From Macrostomum lignano (taxonomy: Eukaryota): a stretch of 64,000 nt of DNA. Below are positions 1 to 13,910 of the stretch, in pieces. Location: the NCBI GenBank assembly GCA_002269645.1, contig NIVC01001089.1:409000-472999 (forward strand). Direction: 5' to 3'. A program made the translations under genes and the position numbers. The notes under the pieces are model-generated. The model made no database searches and had not been told where the DNA came from. It saw only the letters and a list, made by a program, of their open reading frames with translations. Within the stretch, counting starts at the first letter, position 1; every line of letters starts with the position of its first letter.

Positions 1-1140
<1,140 letters not shown>

Positions 1141-1285
1141 GTTCAGGCTTAGCTTACGAATGGATAGCTTCAGATATAGATTTTTCGAATTATAGTTCAT
1201 GGTTCGCGTTTAAGATTCAGAGCCCTGTATACACGGGTTCTCGGGTTCAGAAAATATCCCAAAGTCCTGGCAGCAGCAATCTAAC

Positions 1286-1750
1286 CTCATGGTCATCCTC
1301 TTCAAGCTCGTCATTCTCTTCAACATCGGCATCGAGATTGTCACTGCCGATGAGGGGTTTGCTAGAATCGGTGGCAATTTTAGATGGCGCAGAAGAAGAC
1401 AGCGACAGCGGAGGAGGTGGGGGCGGCGGTGGAGGAGGCGGCGGAGGCTGAGACGGTGGCGGCGGCGGCGAAGATGATGGCGGAGGCTGGGCAGCCGATT
1501 GACGAGCGAAGGCGCTTGGCGGCCGCGGCTTCGTCTGCGGTTTTGGCACCGCGTTGAGCAAGTCTTCAAACGAGCCGCCGCCGCCAACGCCTGTCTTTCC
1601 AGAAGTTGCGGCTGGCTGCTGATGCCTCGGCGGCGAAGATGACGGCGAAAAGTCCATGTCATCGTCATCGCCGGTATCACGCAGTGCAGAGAATTTAAAT
1701 GTCTGGCTGCTCAAACCGCCGCCAGAAGCTGCTTTACGCCGACTGTCCAT
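1286..1750 (-). CDS. First coding exon (155 codons) of an unidentified gene with a Pro/Ser-rich and acidic disordered N-terminus; the rest lies left of the window
   Basis: ATG at 1750 with an acceptor-like TTTTGTATAG 12 nt upstream. GC-rich open frame MDSRRK...DDHE, then GAG|GTTAGA donor at 1285 (phase 0). No recognisable domain. Confidence 0.7.
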
Positions 1751-2540
1751 TTCCGACTAGGCCTATACAAAAATATCCTTACTTAGCTATTTACGCTACT
1801 AACAGTAGAGTAGAATAGAAAGCGCGTCTTGCGTCTGCCGGGAAAAATTACGACAAAAAACCAATAAATTACAATTCCGGCGGCATGAATTGAAACGTTT
1901 GATCAAGTAGATAGAATTGCCGCCAGATACAAAACACTTAAGGTTGCTAAAAAAATTAAATCAATACGTAAGCAAATACTGAAACTTCGATATAAGCGAG
2001 TACTACTACGGAAGGCCGCTTTCCAATCCAGATCTCTAGACCTAAAAATCCATGGGTCTTAGTTGTTATACTACTAACTAAGGCACTTTCCAATCCAGAT
2101 ACTAATCCCTGGTGCAACGCAACGCCTTTGGCGACATCATTCCACAGCACCAGCACATGCAAGCGCGCCAATACTCCATGGACCGTAGTTTCATCTATTC
2201 CTATAGAATAATTCGTTGATCAAGAAGTCAAAACACAGTGTCTGATGGCAATAAAAGTGCATAAATCGTTTATTGATCATTTTTAAGTCTAATAAATAAA
2301 CATGGATAACCCATATTTCTGATTTAACTATTACTATGACGATGCCTCGTAACCATAGAAACCGAGGCTCTCACCTGTTCTCACAAGGAAAGTTTGTTAA
2401 TTTATGATACACATTAGAATTCTAGTTGCTTTGAGTATATACCAACTACAACTAAAAGAAAAACTCGTGGCTATCATTAATCCATCATGTATTAACGAAG
2501 GCTATTAGTCTCTCTATGCTCATTCTGATGCAGTTCAATT

Positions 2541-2810
2541 TTAAGGCTCCTTGCCGTCGAAAAACTTCCCCAGAAAATCTGTCGGCTTGGGCGTAACAGT
2601 CTGTTTGAAGTAGTCCATCACGTGAGTCTTCTGCTTCCACATGTGAGCGGTTTCCACTAGTTCCATCTGGCCCTGCAGTTGCGGAAATTGATTGACAGAT
2701 GGCTGGTTAGGCTACAGGAAAAAGACGGCCAAATACAGCAATGCTGTGCAGACGGATTGACAGAAAACTGACAGACAGACAGACAGACAGACAGACTAAG
2801 ACAAACACTA

Positions 2811-2853
<43 letters not shown>

Positions 2854-2862
2854 TAGATAGAC

Positions 2863-2917
<55 letters not shown>

Positions 2918-2948
2918 TAGACAGACAGACAGACTAAGACAAACACTA

Positions 2949-3027
<79 letters not shown>

Positions 3028-3048
3028 TAGATAGACAGACAGACAGAC

Positions 3049-3101
<53 letters not shown>

Positions 3102-3121
3102 CCAAGACAGATGACACTAAA

Positions 3122-3176
<55 letters not shown>

Positions 3177-3200
3177 CCAAGACAGATGACACTAAAACAT

Positions 3201-3267
<67 letters not shown>

Positions 3268-3287
3268 CCAAGACAGATGACACTAAA

Positions 3288-3326
<39 letters not shown>

Positions 3327-3348
3327 CCAAGACAGATGACACTAAAAC

Positions 3349-3401
<53 letters not shown>

Positions 3402-3423
3402 CCAAGACAGATGACACTAAAAC

Positions 3424-3480
<57 letters not shown>

Positions 3481-3500
3481 CCAAGACAGATGACACTAAA

Positions 3501-3555
<55 letters not shown>

Positions 3556-3577
3556 CCAAGACAGATGACACTAAAAC

Positions 3578-3650
<73 letters not shown>

Positions 3651-3670
3651 CCAAGACAGATGACACTAAA

Positions 3671-3701
<31 letters not shown>

Positions 3702-3723
3702 CCAAGACAGATGACACTAAAAC

Positions 3724-3784
<61 letters not shown>

Positions 3785-3806
3785 CCAAGACAGATGACAC
3801 TAAAAC

Positions 3807-3863
<57 letters not shown>

Positions 3864-3885
3864 CCAAGACAGATGACACTAAAAC

Positions 3886-3930
<45 letters not shown>

Positions 3931-3950
3931 CCAAGACAGATGACACTAAA

Positions 3951-3981
<31 letters not shown>

Positions 3982-4295
3982 CCAAGACAGACACCAAGAC
4001 AGATGACACTAAAACAGATAGACAGACAGACAGATAAGCTCACCTTAGCAACCAGCAGATCAATAACTCGGATATCGTTGACCTGGCGATACTTCTCGAA
4101 GTTCTCCCGCAGCTTCCTCCTGCACATTGGCAATGTCAATGGCACATCGTACTCCCTGATGATGTAGGGCAGCTGGCGGAACCAGGCTCTGTAGAGGTTC
4201 AACACTCGACGACGGGCGTCCTCACTGGTAGCTGAGAACACCGGCTTTGCCTCCTTGACAGCCTGCCGGATGAGGGTGCCGCCTGCGCTAGACAT
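2541..4295 (-). CDS. NDUFA6: NADH dehydrogenase (ubiquinone) 1 alpha subcomplex subunit 6 (B14, LYR family), 127 aa; exons 4044-4295 and 2541-2672
   Basis: Exon 1 MSSAGG...[13 protein letters not shown]...[10 protein letters not shown] (LYR motif), AAG|GTGAGC donor. Exon 2 after AACTGCAG| reads [24 protein letters not shown]...[12 protein letters not shown]. Phases match. AATAAA on the minus strand at 2269-2274. Confidence 0.95.
2765..4035. repeat. (CAGA)n microsatellite interrupted ~13 times by CCAAGACAGATGACACTAAAA; fills the NDUFA6 intron
   Basis: Directly visible. Source of the TDRQ and SVCL pseudo-ORFs. Confidence 0.95.
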
Positions 4296-6464
4296 TAGGC
4301 ATGGGGGCAGTTCGGGTAGCTGTGTTGCAAGGGCACGCAGTTAACCTTATTGACCTACCTATTTATTATTTCAAATATTTCAAATGTAGATAAAATATAT
4401 ACTTAGTGAAGCTTAAATATTAAATATTTCACTGTAAAGTGAGTTAAAAATAGCACTATTTGGTTTGCTTTTATAACAAAAAATACCCATTTAAAAGTTT
4501 AACAGTTTAGATTAATATATCTAATCTAATCTAATTTATATAAGCAAATTCAATCATATATACATTTATAAGGTTGATATATTTGGACATATATACATTA
4601 ACAAATTATACCAATATAGCATTTTGCTATCCATTTGAGCTAACACACATTGAATTTAATCCCAGATATGCTTGCCATATGTAACGGAGCTTTTGTCTTA
4701 TGGTGGTCAGGCTGGCACAGTGGTATTTAACTTGGTCCAACAAATTTCCTTCAAAGATATAGTTAAAAGCTAAAGCTAAAAGTACAACAAGGGTTAAAGG
4801 GTAGAGTTACACCAAGTCAAGCCCACTAGTTCAACCATAGACAACTTTTGCAATAGAAAGAAAAAGAGCAGAAGCATCAGAAAAGAACAAAGGCATAAAC
4901 ACTAAAAGGCAAAAGCAAAAGAATCAGAAGCAGAGTTGACAACAAAAGAAACAGCACTGACACTAACAGATAATTAAATAATTGTTAAATAAGTGTTTAA
5001 TAATTATCTATTCAGTGATGCATGTTATTCTGATTTTGCAGTCAGTCTGTGGATCAATTTTCCTACTTTTTGGGATACCCCTTGTACTTTATATTTTTTA
5101 TAGAAAATAAAACAAATTTTATTTGGATCCATGATATAATACAATGTGATATATAATAAACTATTTTCTAATTCTAAGAACTAACCAATTTTTTGTATTA
5201 AAAAAAGAAAAATGATAGCTTTTAAGTCCATAGAATTAGGGACTCAAGCAACAAAGGCAGAAATATTTGACACTATATGCACACTTGGTTGAAATTGAAA
5301 AAGTAAGGTTAAGGTAAAGAAAATCATTTCAATTTCAATACAAAGGAAACTCTTAAGTCTCTAGGGTCAGGGACTCAAAAAACATTTTTGACACTATATC
5401 CACATTGTGATTGGGATGGTAGAGGGCTTAAATTAAGATAAATGAAGCCAATGGGAAGCTATCTAACATTTGCCACTATCAAAATAGGCTAGAATTGCCA
5501 CTAGACTGCAGGAGAAGCTTCTTAGAAACCAACTGATAATATAAGCCATTGTCTTCATAGACATTCATAAGAATTATAGATTTTTTTATTTAATTACTTA
5601 AAAATATAAAAAAATATATTAGGAGAGAAAAGAAGAGATCAAGAGAAAGGAAAGAAAAAAGAAAAGATAAAAGAAAAACAAAAAAGAGGGGAGAGGAGAA
5701 GAGAAAAGAGAGAAAAGGGGGCAGAGAAAAGAGGGGAAGAGGAAAGGAAAAAGATAAGAAAGAAGAAAAGAGAAAATAGTCAAAAAGGCGATTAAGTTGA
5801 CAATAACAACAACAACAACAGTATACTTCTTTTGCTAGCCATGCAATGGCTAAACAGGAGAGAGAAAACAAAGAGAATAAGCCATAGACTTTAAAAAGTC
5901 ATACCCCTGCTTTGGTCTAGACTTTAAAGTACTAGTATTAGTCAAAAGCTAGTCAGGGTATACCTATCTTACCATTTACCTTGCCAATATGGTCTTTGCA
6001 GCTTAAGAAATAGCTTCATATAGCAGCTAAGGTTAGATGGCTTCTAATTAGATAGCATAGTAGATTAAAAGGCTATATCAGGTTTGCCTTTATATAGAGT
6101 GCAATATTGGTCTTGTTGTCTAAACCCTATTGTAGCTAAGGTAGAGCCTACTAGATACTATCCTTTCCTGCACCAAACTGCACTATTGTGCTTAACTATA
6201 CTTGCACTATTGAAGGCCAATCCATATTAGACATTTTCTATAATAATGGCCATTAATTACAATAAGATACCTAGACTAATCAGGATTGTTTACCATATAC
6301 CAATGTAATTCATAAGATCTTAAGTTTAAGCTACTAGAAAGAATTCCAAATTGAATTGAATTTTACATGGAATCTTGCATTGAATTAAGCATTAGGCTCA
6401 AAAAATCAATTAAAAATTTAAAAAAATATAGGCTTAAAATAGCCCTTACTTTCTTTTGAATATT

Positions 6465-7640
6465 AGGGTCATTCTACAGATGCAACCCATTTTGGCAAAG
6501 GAATTTTCAGCAAAAATGCTTTGGTGAAATGAATTTTGAGTTTAAAATTAAATATTTCAGTGAAAAAAGTGACTAGTTTGGCAAAAAGTTGGGCTTTATA
6601 TGCAAATAAACCATTTTGATAATTGAAGCATTTAGTTTATTTAAATTGTTTATTGCTACAATTTATTTGCAGTTAAAAAATTAAAAACTAATGACTTAGC
6701 TTGTAGCCCATAGTCTGGATCATGCTAAGTGCATGCCCAAACAAAAATTGAATAATTACGAATGCATGCCAAAAAAAATTAGAGTATGCCCATTCTCAAA
6801 AATATGCTAGTCTTGCAACATAAAACAAAAACTGCTTTTTTACATTGTGACAATAAATTACCTTTTTTAAATTATATAAAAGACCCTTATTAACAAATAA
6901 TTTGGTTGATTTTTATGCTATTTTGGCAAAACTATTTACAATAGAAAATTGATACATGCAAAAAATTGTTTAAATGCTTTTTATGAGCTTAAAAAACTAG
7001 AAAGCTTCAAATTTATACTTAAATATCAGCTTTTTTTGATTTTTTAATTCACAATAACTCTTATATATAATTCTATAAAGTGCATGTCAGGTGTGCACAC
7101 ATACTATTTTTTCAAGAATGATACATACCAACTGTGCATGCCTAATTTTGGCATGCAAAGCCAATGCACGCCCAAATTTTCAGGCATACACCAGGCTTAC
7201 ATGATCCAAAGTGTGGCTTATAGCTATGTTATATACATGGAATCTATTGATATGCAGTTGATGGATTAGGGATAATGATGATATGGTTTTTTAGATTTTT
7301 AGTTCCTAAAATTGTATTTTGAAATCCTACCATAATGGAACAGAAACTAACAAAACAACTAAACTAAATTAAATTGTGACAAAACAAAAACAAAAAATCA
7401 CAATAGGCCTGGGGCCTAAAATTAGTCTTTAAATAAAGTTAGTCATTCTTTTTTTAACTTTTGTCTAAAACAACAAAAACTCTTCAGCAAAGCTTGGAAC
7501 ATATCTTTTGCCAAAATGGTCAGCTTTAAACGAAACGGTCATTGTAAAAGTACTTTTTGCCATAAATTCTATAATTGACTTCTGCTGAAAATTCTTTTGC
7601 CAAAGAGGGTTAAAACCAATTCTACGATAGGATCTCAATG
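6465..7640. mobile_element. Possible nested MITE-like foldback elements
   Basis: Imperfect inverted repeats: AACCC..TTTGGCAAAGGAATTTTCAGCA at ~6485-6515 versus its reverse complement at ~7580-7615, and an inner pair ~6705-6820 versus ~7085-7215 (TGGATCATG / GCATGCC motifs). No TSD established. Confidence 0.35.
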
Positions 7641-9039
7641 TTTTTTAACTTAAAGCACTTGTAACTTTTAGACCATACTATACTAGATAGAACAAAGCTG
7701 CAAAAAGCAAGCTGTGTCAAACTTTTACTAGGCCTAGGCCTAGCTCAATATTTTTCACTATTATTAAAAAATGACCATTATATTAGCATAGTTAATGCTC
7801 TGCTATAGCTATATGTGTTCAGTTGTTTTAGAATTCATAAGCAGCTATGTGAAAAATATAGGCCTAGAACTAGAGTATAATTATAATACAAACATTCGTG
7901 CAATATACATATTAGAATGCAAATTTACATTTTGCTAAGCTAAGATGAGATTTCTATTATTATAAATTAGGCCTATATAAAAATAAAATATATGATGTTA
8001 GCCATATAAAGCACTACTACACTACAGTCAATAGTAGTGTAGTATGATGTGCTAGCAACATTACTGGTTTTAGGCTGCATTCTATGATTCTACTTTCTTT
8101 GCTTTGCCATTGGCCTACCTAGCCATAGGTTAGGTAAGGACCGTAAGGTAGGCCTAAGGTAGGCCTAGTTAGCAGTCACGATCATGGCACGCCTGCGCCG
8201 GAACAAATCCTATTAAAAGTTTGCTTGCGACGTGCGCCGGAACTATTTCTATTAAATAAGTTTGCTTGCACAGTGTGGCGGAACTTTTTTGTAAAAAAAC
8301 AAGAATAATGTGTGTATTATTATTTTTCTGTTTGTAAAATACCGGGTAAAACTTGTATTTGAATTCGTTTCATAGAAGTTACAATGTTAAAATATTTTAA
8401 CTAAAAAAGCCGTCAATACACCGGAAAAGGCGAATTTTCTGTCTGCGAAAATATCGTCGCGCTGAAAGTTTTAGTCTTGTGCCGTACTGCGCTGGATTCC
8501 CCCGGTTCAGTTAAGGATGAATAACTTTTTAGTGTAGGAATTCTATCGTCTTTGAGAAGGACAGAATTTTACATAAAATTTAGCAGTAGTTGTGCTGAAA
8601 GTATTTTTCGACGATTTCTCAGCTTCGATAAATTAATTAATCAAAAATTCAATCCTAAAATTTCACTACGCTTAGCAATTTGCATACTATAAGTGACTAT
8701 GAAATGAGTAAGATCGCTTCGTTCGAGAAGAATTCCGGCTCATACCGCCTTAGTTTTTAAATGTGATTATTTTGAATGAAAAATTCATTTACCACGGATC
8801 GCGTCGACACGGGCAAGGGGGCGATCCGATTTACTAACGAGGAAAGCTTAATCTCTTGGAAAAATGCACTTTAAAATGCAGTAAAGCAAAGAATTGACTT
8901 GACTGATTTGTCAGACCGATTTTTCTCAATTAACAAATTAATAATGTTCCAGGTTTGCAAGCAAGATTGCAGCAATTCAATCGGACATCGTGCTGCACTG
9001 TGGTGGGCAAAGTTCAGCTAAATTACTGCCACTACCCTA

Positions 9040-12000
9040 CTGACTGATCGAGACAGGCGCATCGTATCCTCGTCCAGTTAATTTCGACTGGGTAGTATGG
9101 TACGGTGGCTTTGTGCCGCCTGCAGAGAGGCTTTTGTTCATGGCTCTTGGGAACCTGCTTCGTTGGCCTGCTTCTTCAGGGAGTTCTTAACAGTTTGCAC
9201 TGCTCGCTCGAAACTGGCAAAGCAGGGCCCATTGTCTGAGACGATGGCCTCCGGTAGGCCATGAGTGCTGAAGCTCTGTCGCAGCTTTCCTATGCACTGT
9301 TGCGAAAGTCGTCGTCGCTTTCGTCACGTACAAATTGAGCCACTTCAAGTAGGATTCGACCACCACCAGCAGCATCCGACCTTGGACAAGACCGCGGCGA
9401 AATCGATGTGGATTTTCAACCAAGGCCTGGTCGGTAGCGGCCCTGGCTGCAGCGGAGCTTCTGGTCCGGCTCGCTGGTGCTTCTGGCAGTCCGGGAAGCT
9501 CGCTGCCTTTAATGTCACGATTCATGCCACGCCACCATATGTAGCTTCTGGGAAGCGACTTCATCCGGGATGGTCCAGGGTGTCCGACATGCAGGCAGTC
9601 GAGCAAGCGGCTTTGGCTGACTTCAGGAATGACGACACGACTACCCCAAAGAACGGAGCCGTCTTGAACTGACAATTCCTGGTGCCGCTTCCCAAACGGC
9701 ACCAGATCAGATATCCAGGAATCTTGGTCGGGCCAGGCCAAGAGAAAGTGACGAATTACACTTGACAATGTAGAGTCGCGGCGTGACCAGGTACGCACGT
9801 CCGATGAAGTCACCGGCCCTGCGTCCGGAGGCACCGGAACTTCCTTAGGGCCCGCTAATGCAGGAAGGCGGCTTGAAGCGTCTTCTCGGAGCATAAAAAC
9901 ACCGCTGCGATGTACAAGACGGTACCGGTACGCGATCAGTAGCAACGCCCATCTTTGGACTCGGCCGAAAGCTAGGGCTGGAAGCGGTCGCTCTTGTCCT
10001 AGAAGGCCGGTGGTCGGTCAACAGGTTAAACCAAACAGAATAACCAGAATACGGACCAAACAGAATACGGAATTTTTTGATACCTAAAACCATTGCCAAG
10101 GCCTCCTTCTCCAGCTGGCAGTAATTTTTCTCTGGTGAGCTGAGACTGCGCAAAGCGTACGCGATCGGCTTGTCCATGCCGTCCCGACGATGGAAAATAA
10201 TGGCACCAAGTCCGTACTGTAATGCGTCGCCACTCCAGGTAGAGCTCTTCTGCAGCGTAGTGACCTACAAGGACGCTGGGGTGCTTGAGCAGCTGCTAAT
10301 TGCCGCACTGAACGCATCCAGCTCGCTGCGATCCCAATGCCACCTTGAGTTCTTCTCCAACAGCCTGTGCAGCGGGACCAGGACACTAGAAAGATAGGAC
10401 AAAAACTTACGGTAGTAATTTGATGAGGTCCAAGAAGCTAATCAGTTGAGTCATGTTAGTCGGTGCAGGCGCGTCCTTATCGTCCAGCGGCGTGCAACCC
10501 TTCGGCGTCGATGCAGTGGCCTAGATACGTGACTTCGTCCTTGGAAAAGGTGCACTTCTCAAGTTGCACGTCAACCCGGACTCCTTGAAGAGGTGACTAT
10601 GGTTGTTCTTCTCCTCTGATGATGACGTCATCGATTAAGGATGCAGAGTGCGGAATTCCTCGCAGTAAGCTGTCCATCACCCGCTGAAACACACTGGGGG
10701 CGATCGACACGCCGAAAGGTAGACGGGTGTAGCGAAGAAGTCCCAGCGAGGTGTTGATGGTACACAGCTCTTGAGCGTCCTCATCCAAGGGGAGGTTGTG
10801 AGAACGCCTGGCTCAGATCCAGCTTTAAAAACTTCTTCCCACCAACCAAGCGTGAAAACAGCTCGTCGATATTCGGCAGCGTGTAAGCCTCGGCGGATAG
10901 CTGCGTTGACCAACAGCTTGAAATCAGCGCAGATTGCCGTCGGATTTCGTTTCCGACACGATCGGGACTCCCAGTCGGAATTCACCAGGACTCCTTGGTC
11001 GATTTCCTTCTGCAGCTGCTGCTTAACTTCTGCGTAGCGCAAACGGCACCGGCAGCGCCTTGAAGAACCTTGGCCTGACGTTCTCCTTAAAGATTTGATG
11101 GACACCGGCTTGCAGACCTCGAGAACTTCTGAGAACTCCTGTACCAACACCTTGCTGCATCAGTTTTCCATCCGCTTGATAGATTGCCAGTCCAGCCGCA
11201 GGCGGCTGTTAGCCAGTCTCGACCAAGAGGCTCGGACCACAATCGGCGACAACCAGCAGCGGCAGCTGCTCCTCGGACGAACACTGCGAAACTCGCACGC
11301 GTACGAAGAGCTGACCGAGGACGCGGACGTTTTGACCGGTGTTACGTACTGAGCTAAACCGTTGACGCAGACAGCGACATCCAGCTTCCCAGGTTTTCCT
11401 TGAACGTCCGTTTTGATCTCAGCGATACGGACGCCTTGTATCCACCTCCATCTCGAATCGTTTAAGCGACCTCGGCGTGTGCTGGGCGGCTCGGCCGGCC
11501 TGAGCTGAGCTGGCCGTCTAAAATTTGCTGGTTAACCAGCTGTGCATTTGCTGCTGCTGTGTCCTCGCCATGCATGCCTTCGCGGTGCGCCCAATTTTTG
11601 CTGCAGTTGAAACAGCGTTTGTCCGCAAAGTGACATTTGGCTGCCGGATGGCGAGTCGACAAGCAGCGGAAACAGCGCCACCGGCCGACTGTTCCAGACT
11701 GACGGCTGTCTCTTGCGACCGCTGTCGCTCTATTCGAAGCACGGCGTCGCTCTCTGTCGCTGCCGATGCCGATGTCGATGCCACAGGTTTAGCTGAGCCC
11801 AGAAATGACAGTTTTATGGCTGCTGACTCTCCCGCTTGCGTGTCTCTTTAGCCTTATTGAGGGTCAGCTTGGCCTCCATCAGGAGCCGGCGCTGGATTTG
11901 CTGATCCGCGATGCCGCACACCAGCCTGCTCGCGCAGCATGTCAGACAGGCTGCCGCCGTAGTTGCAGAACTCCACCAGCTTCCGCAGCTCCGCAAAGAA

Positions 12001-12340
12001 CTCTGCCACCGACTCTCCAGGGCGCTGAACTCGGTTATTGAAGTGGAACCTCTGAATGATCTCACTAGGCCTTGGGTTGAAATGAGCGCTCAGCAGCTCA
12101 CATATTTCGGCGTAGGATTTGTCCGCGACTTTTGGCTGGAGAGCAGAGGCTTCTGGCCAACCGGAAGGTTTTTCTACCGCTGTGCCTCTGATGCTCTTTT
12201 TACCTTCGTCGGAGATGTCCTGTGCCAGGAAATGCTGCTTCAGGCGCTCCTGGTACTCATCCCAGGTTTTCCCAGAGTCATGCGATATTTTCCGATTGCG
12301 TGGGTAGGCATTGCTCACCCACAATCATCGTCGCCACTGA
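9040..12340 (-). mobile_element. Decayed Ty3/gypsy LTR retrotransposon, Mag-like lineage (gag with Zn knuckle, protease, RT, RNase H, integrase), with many frameshifts and deletions; no 3' LTR found
   Basis: Gag: WDEYQERLKQHF...HFNPRPSEIIQRFHFNNRVQRPGESVAEF. RT: CTINTSLGLLRYTRLPFGVSIAPSVFQR...LIDDVII. RNase H: KPIAYALRSLSSPEKNYCQLEKEALA. Integrase: LHVGHPGPSRMKSL and HGLPEAIVSDNGPCF. PBS-like TGGCGACGAT at 12336-12327, 1 nt after an LTR-type ...CA end at 12338. Confidence 0.93.
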
Positions 12341-13130
12341 GACAACTCTAGTTTTTTGAGTACGAAAAAAAATAAACTTGAGCTCTGTAGCTCACAAGCC
12401 AATATTTGCATATTATGGTAAAAATGAACGTATGAAAGATTTATCAGCGCTATTAGACTTATAACACGTACACTACAGACACGTTTAAAAAGCACTGGGG
12501 TTTAAAAGAATTCACACACTAAAAGAAAATAAGTCACTACGCTCGATGAGAAATTGGTCAGTAAATCAATAAAAATAATACAGCGAGTATATTCAGTGTA
12601 CACTCGCTGAGTCTCGAAATACGATATAACCTATAAGCTAGTGTGAGCATGTGTTTATTCAAAGAGACTGTACGTGACTTTAAATTAACTCATCATTTAC
12701 ATGTAGTCACGAGTGGTACAGTCCTGGAATCTAATTCGTAAAAATTGTCTCCTCAGAGAGTAACTGGCATGAGCGTTCAGGCCTCACAATCGATAATCGG
12801 GGAGGGGGGGGCTTAAAGAAAACACTGTCCAAAATCAGCTAGGCCTACATGCAGCTTGTAGCTCCCGCAGCATTGGAGCCACACTTCCTTGGCAGCTCAT
12901 TGGCGGAACATCGCGACAATGTAGGATCCTTCACTCCATGGCAACGCGAGGCCTAGCTACCTTCTGATCCCTGTAACCAAAAAGATGCTGGGAATTTTCT
13001 ATAAAGCATCCAACGGACAGAAGATCTCGAAGTGAAAATCCCATGAATCTGCAATCATCTCTTCTCTTCATCTCTTCGCAGAATCAAATTTTGATTCTGC
13101 ACAATCCATAGAAAACTGATCCACTCGGTC

Positions 13131-13910
13131 ATGGCATTGCTACTCTTGCCAACTGTAGCTGCCTTTCTGTTGATGCCTGCCTCTGTTGCGGCGACTTGTC
13201 CTGGCGGTTTGATTGAGGTCACCGACTCTGGAAAGTCTTGGTGTGTCAAGAATTACAACAAACACGTGACATTTTGCGAAGCGATTAAGACTTGTCACGA
13301 GAACGGCCAGGAGATGATCAGCAAGTCTGTGCATGACGCCATGGCGGCTACGAGCTTTTCTGGTGACAGATGGTGGGTCGGACTGGTCGATGCGCTGAAC
13401 GAGAGAGACACTCAGGAAGACGGCTGGGTTTGGATCAAGGACGGCCAGGTCACGGATGGTAGTGGATCAGTTTTTCTAAGTGGCGAACCAAATAATCTTG
13501 GAAACAACCAAGACTGTGCGACAATAAAAAGTGACTCAATAAGAAAGCTGAGGGACGAGACTTGCAATGAGCTAAACAACGTTTTCTGCTACGAGGACGC
13601 CGCTGTGGCCAACCGAATCGCTACCAAAGCCACCACAGGTAAATTTGTTCGCACGGAAATCGTTGCGTACGATCAACCGGACCCGGGCTGCTGGATCAAG
13701 GAACCAAGGGCTAAAACTCACCTCCGCTGCTCCCAGGCCTGCCTTGCGTTCGAGTTTGAGGACTGCATCGGATACTACTGGCACCCGGTGAGGAGGCAGT
13801 GCGTCCTGCTGCCCTACTTCGATGCCAGCCTGCCGCTGAGTGGCTCCGACTTTTCTGCCAACAACCAAGAGAAGCTGCAGTGGATGAAGTACAAACGGAT
13901 TCACGCGTGA
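13131..13910 (+). CDS. Secreted C-type lectin domain protein (EPN motif) with a C-terminal PAN/apple-like Cys domain, intronless, 259 aa (copy 1)
   Basis: Hydrophobic signal peptide. CTLD motifs WWVGL, GWVW, GEPNN, QDC, LRDETC, FCYE. C-terminal CSQAC...CIGYYW...CVL. ATG context TCATGG. Confidence 0.9.
   Translation: MALLLLPTVAAFLLMPASVAATCPGGLIEVTDSGKSWCVKNYNKHVTFCEAIKTCHENGQEMISKSVHDAMAATSFSGDRWWVGLVDALNERDTQEDGWVWIKDGQVTDGSGSVFLSGEPNNLGNNQDCATIKSDSIRKLRDETCNELNNVFCYEDAAVANRIATKATTGKFVRTEIVAYDQPDPGCWIKEPRAKTHLRCSQACLAFEFEDCIGYYWHPVRRQCVLLPYFDASLPLSGSDFSANNQEKLQWMKYKRIHA

Noticed and set aside
1956-2171. 71-aa ORF or small RNA between NDUFA6 and the next gene
   Set aside because: Non-ATG start and no recognisable motifs; only a 15-bp direct repeat (CTTTCCAATCCAGAT at 2019 and 2086), more consistent with promoter elements.
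2657-4167. Long TDRQ / SVCL ORFs (also 45126-46191)
   Set aside because: (CAGA)n lies inside introns defined by in-frame flanking exons.
8015-8055. Helitron 3' end (11-bp hairpin then CTAG)
   Set aside because: CTAG is followed by C rather than the expected T, the stem is AT-rich, and no 5' TC end was identified.
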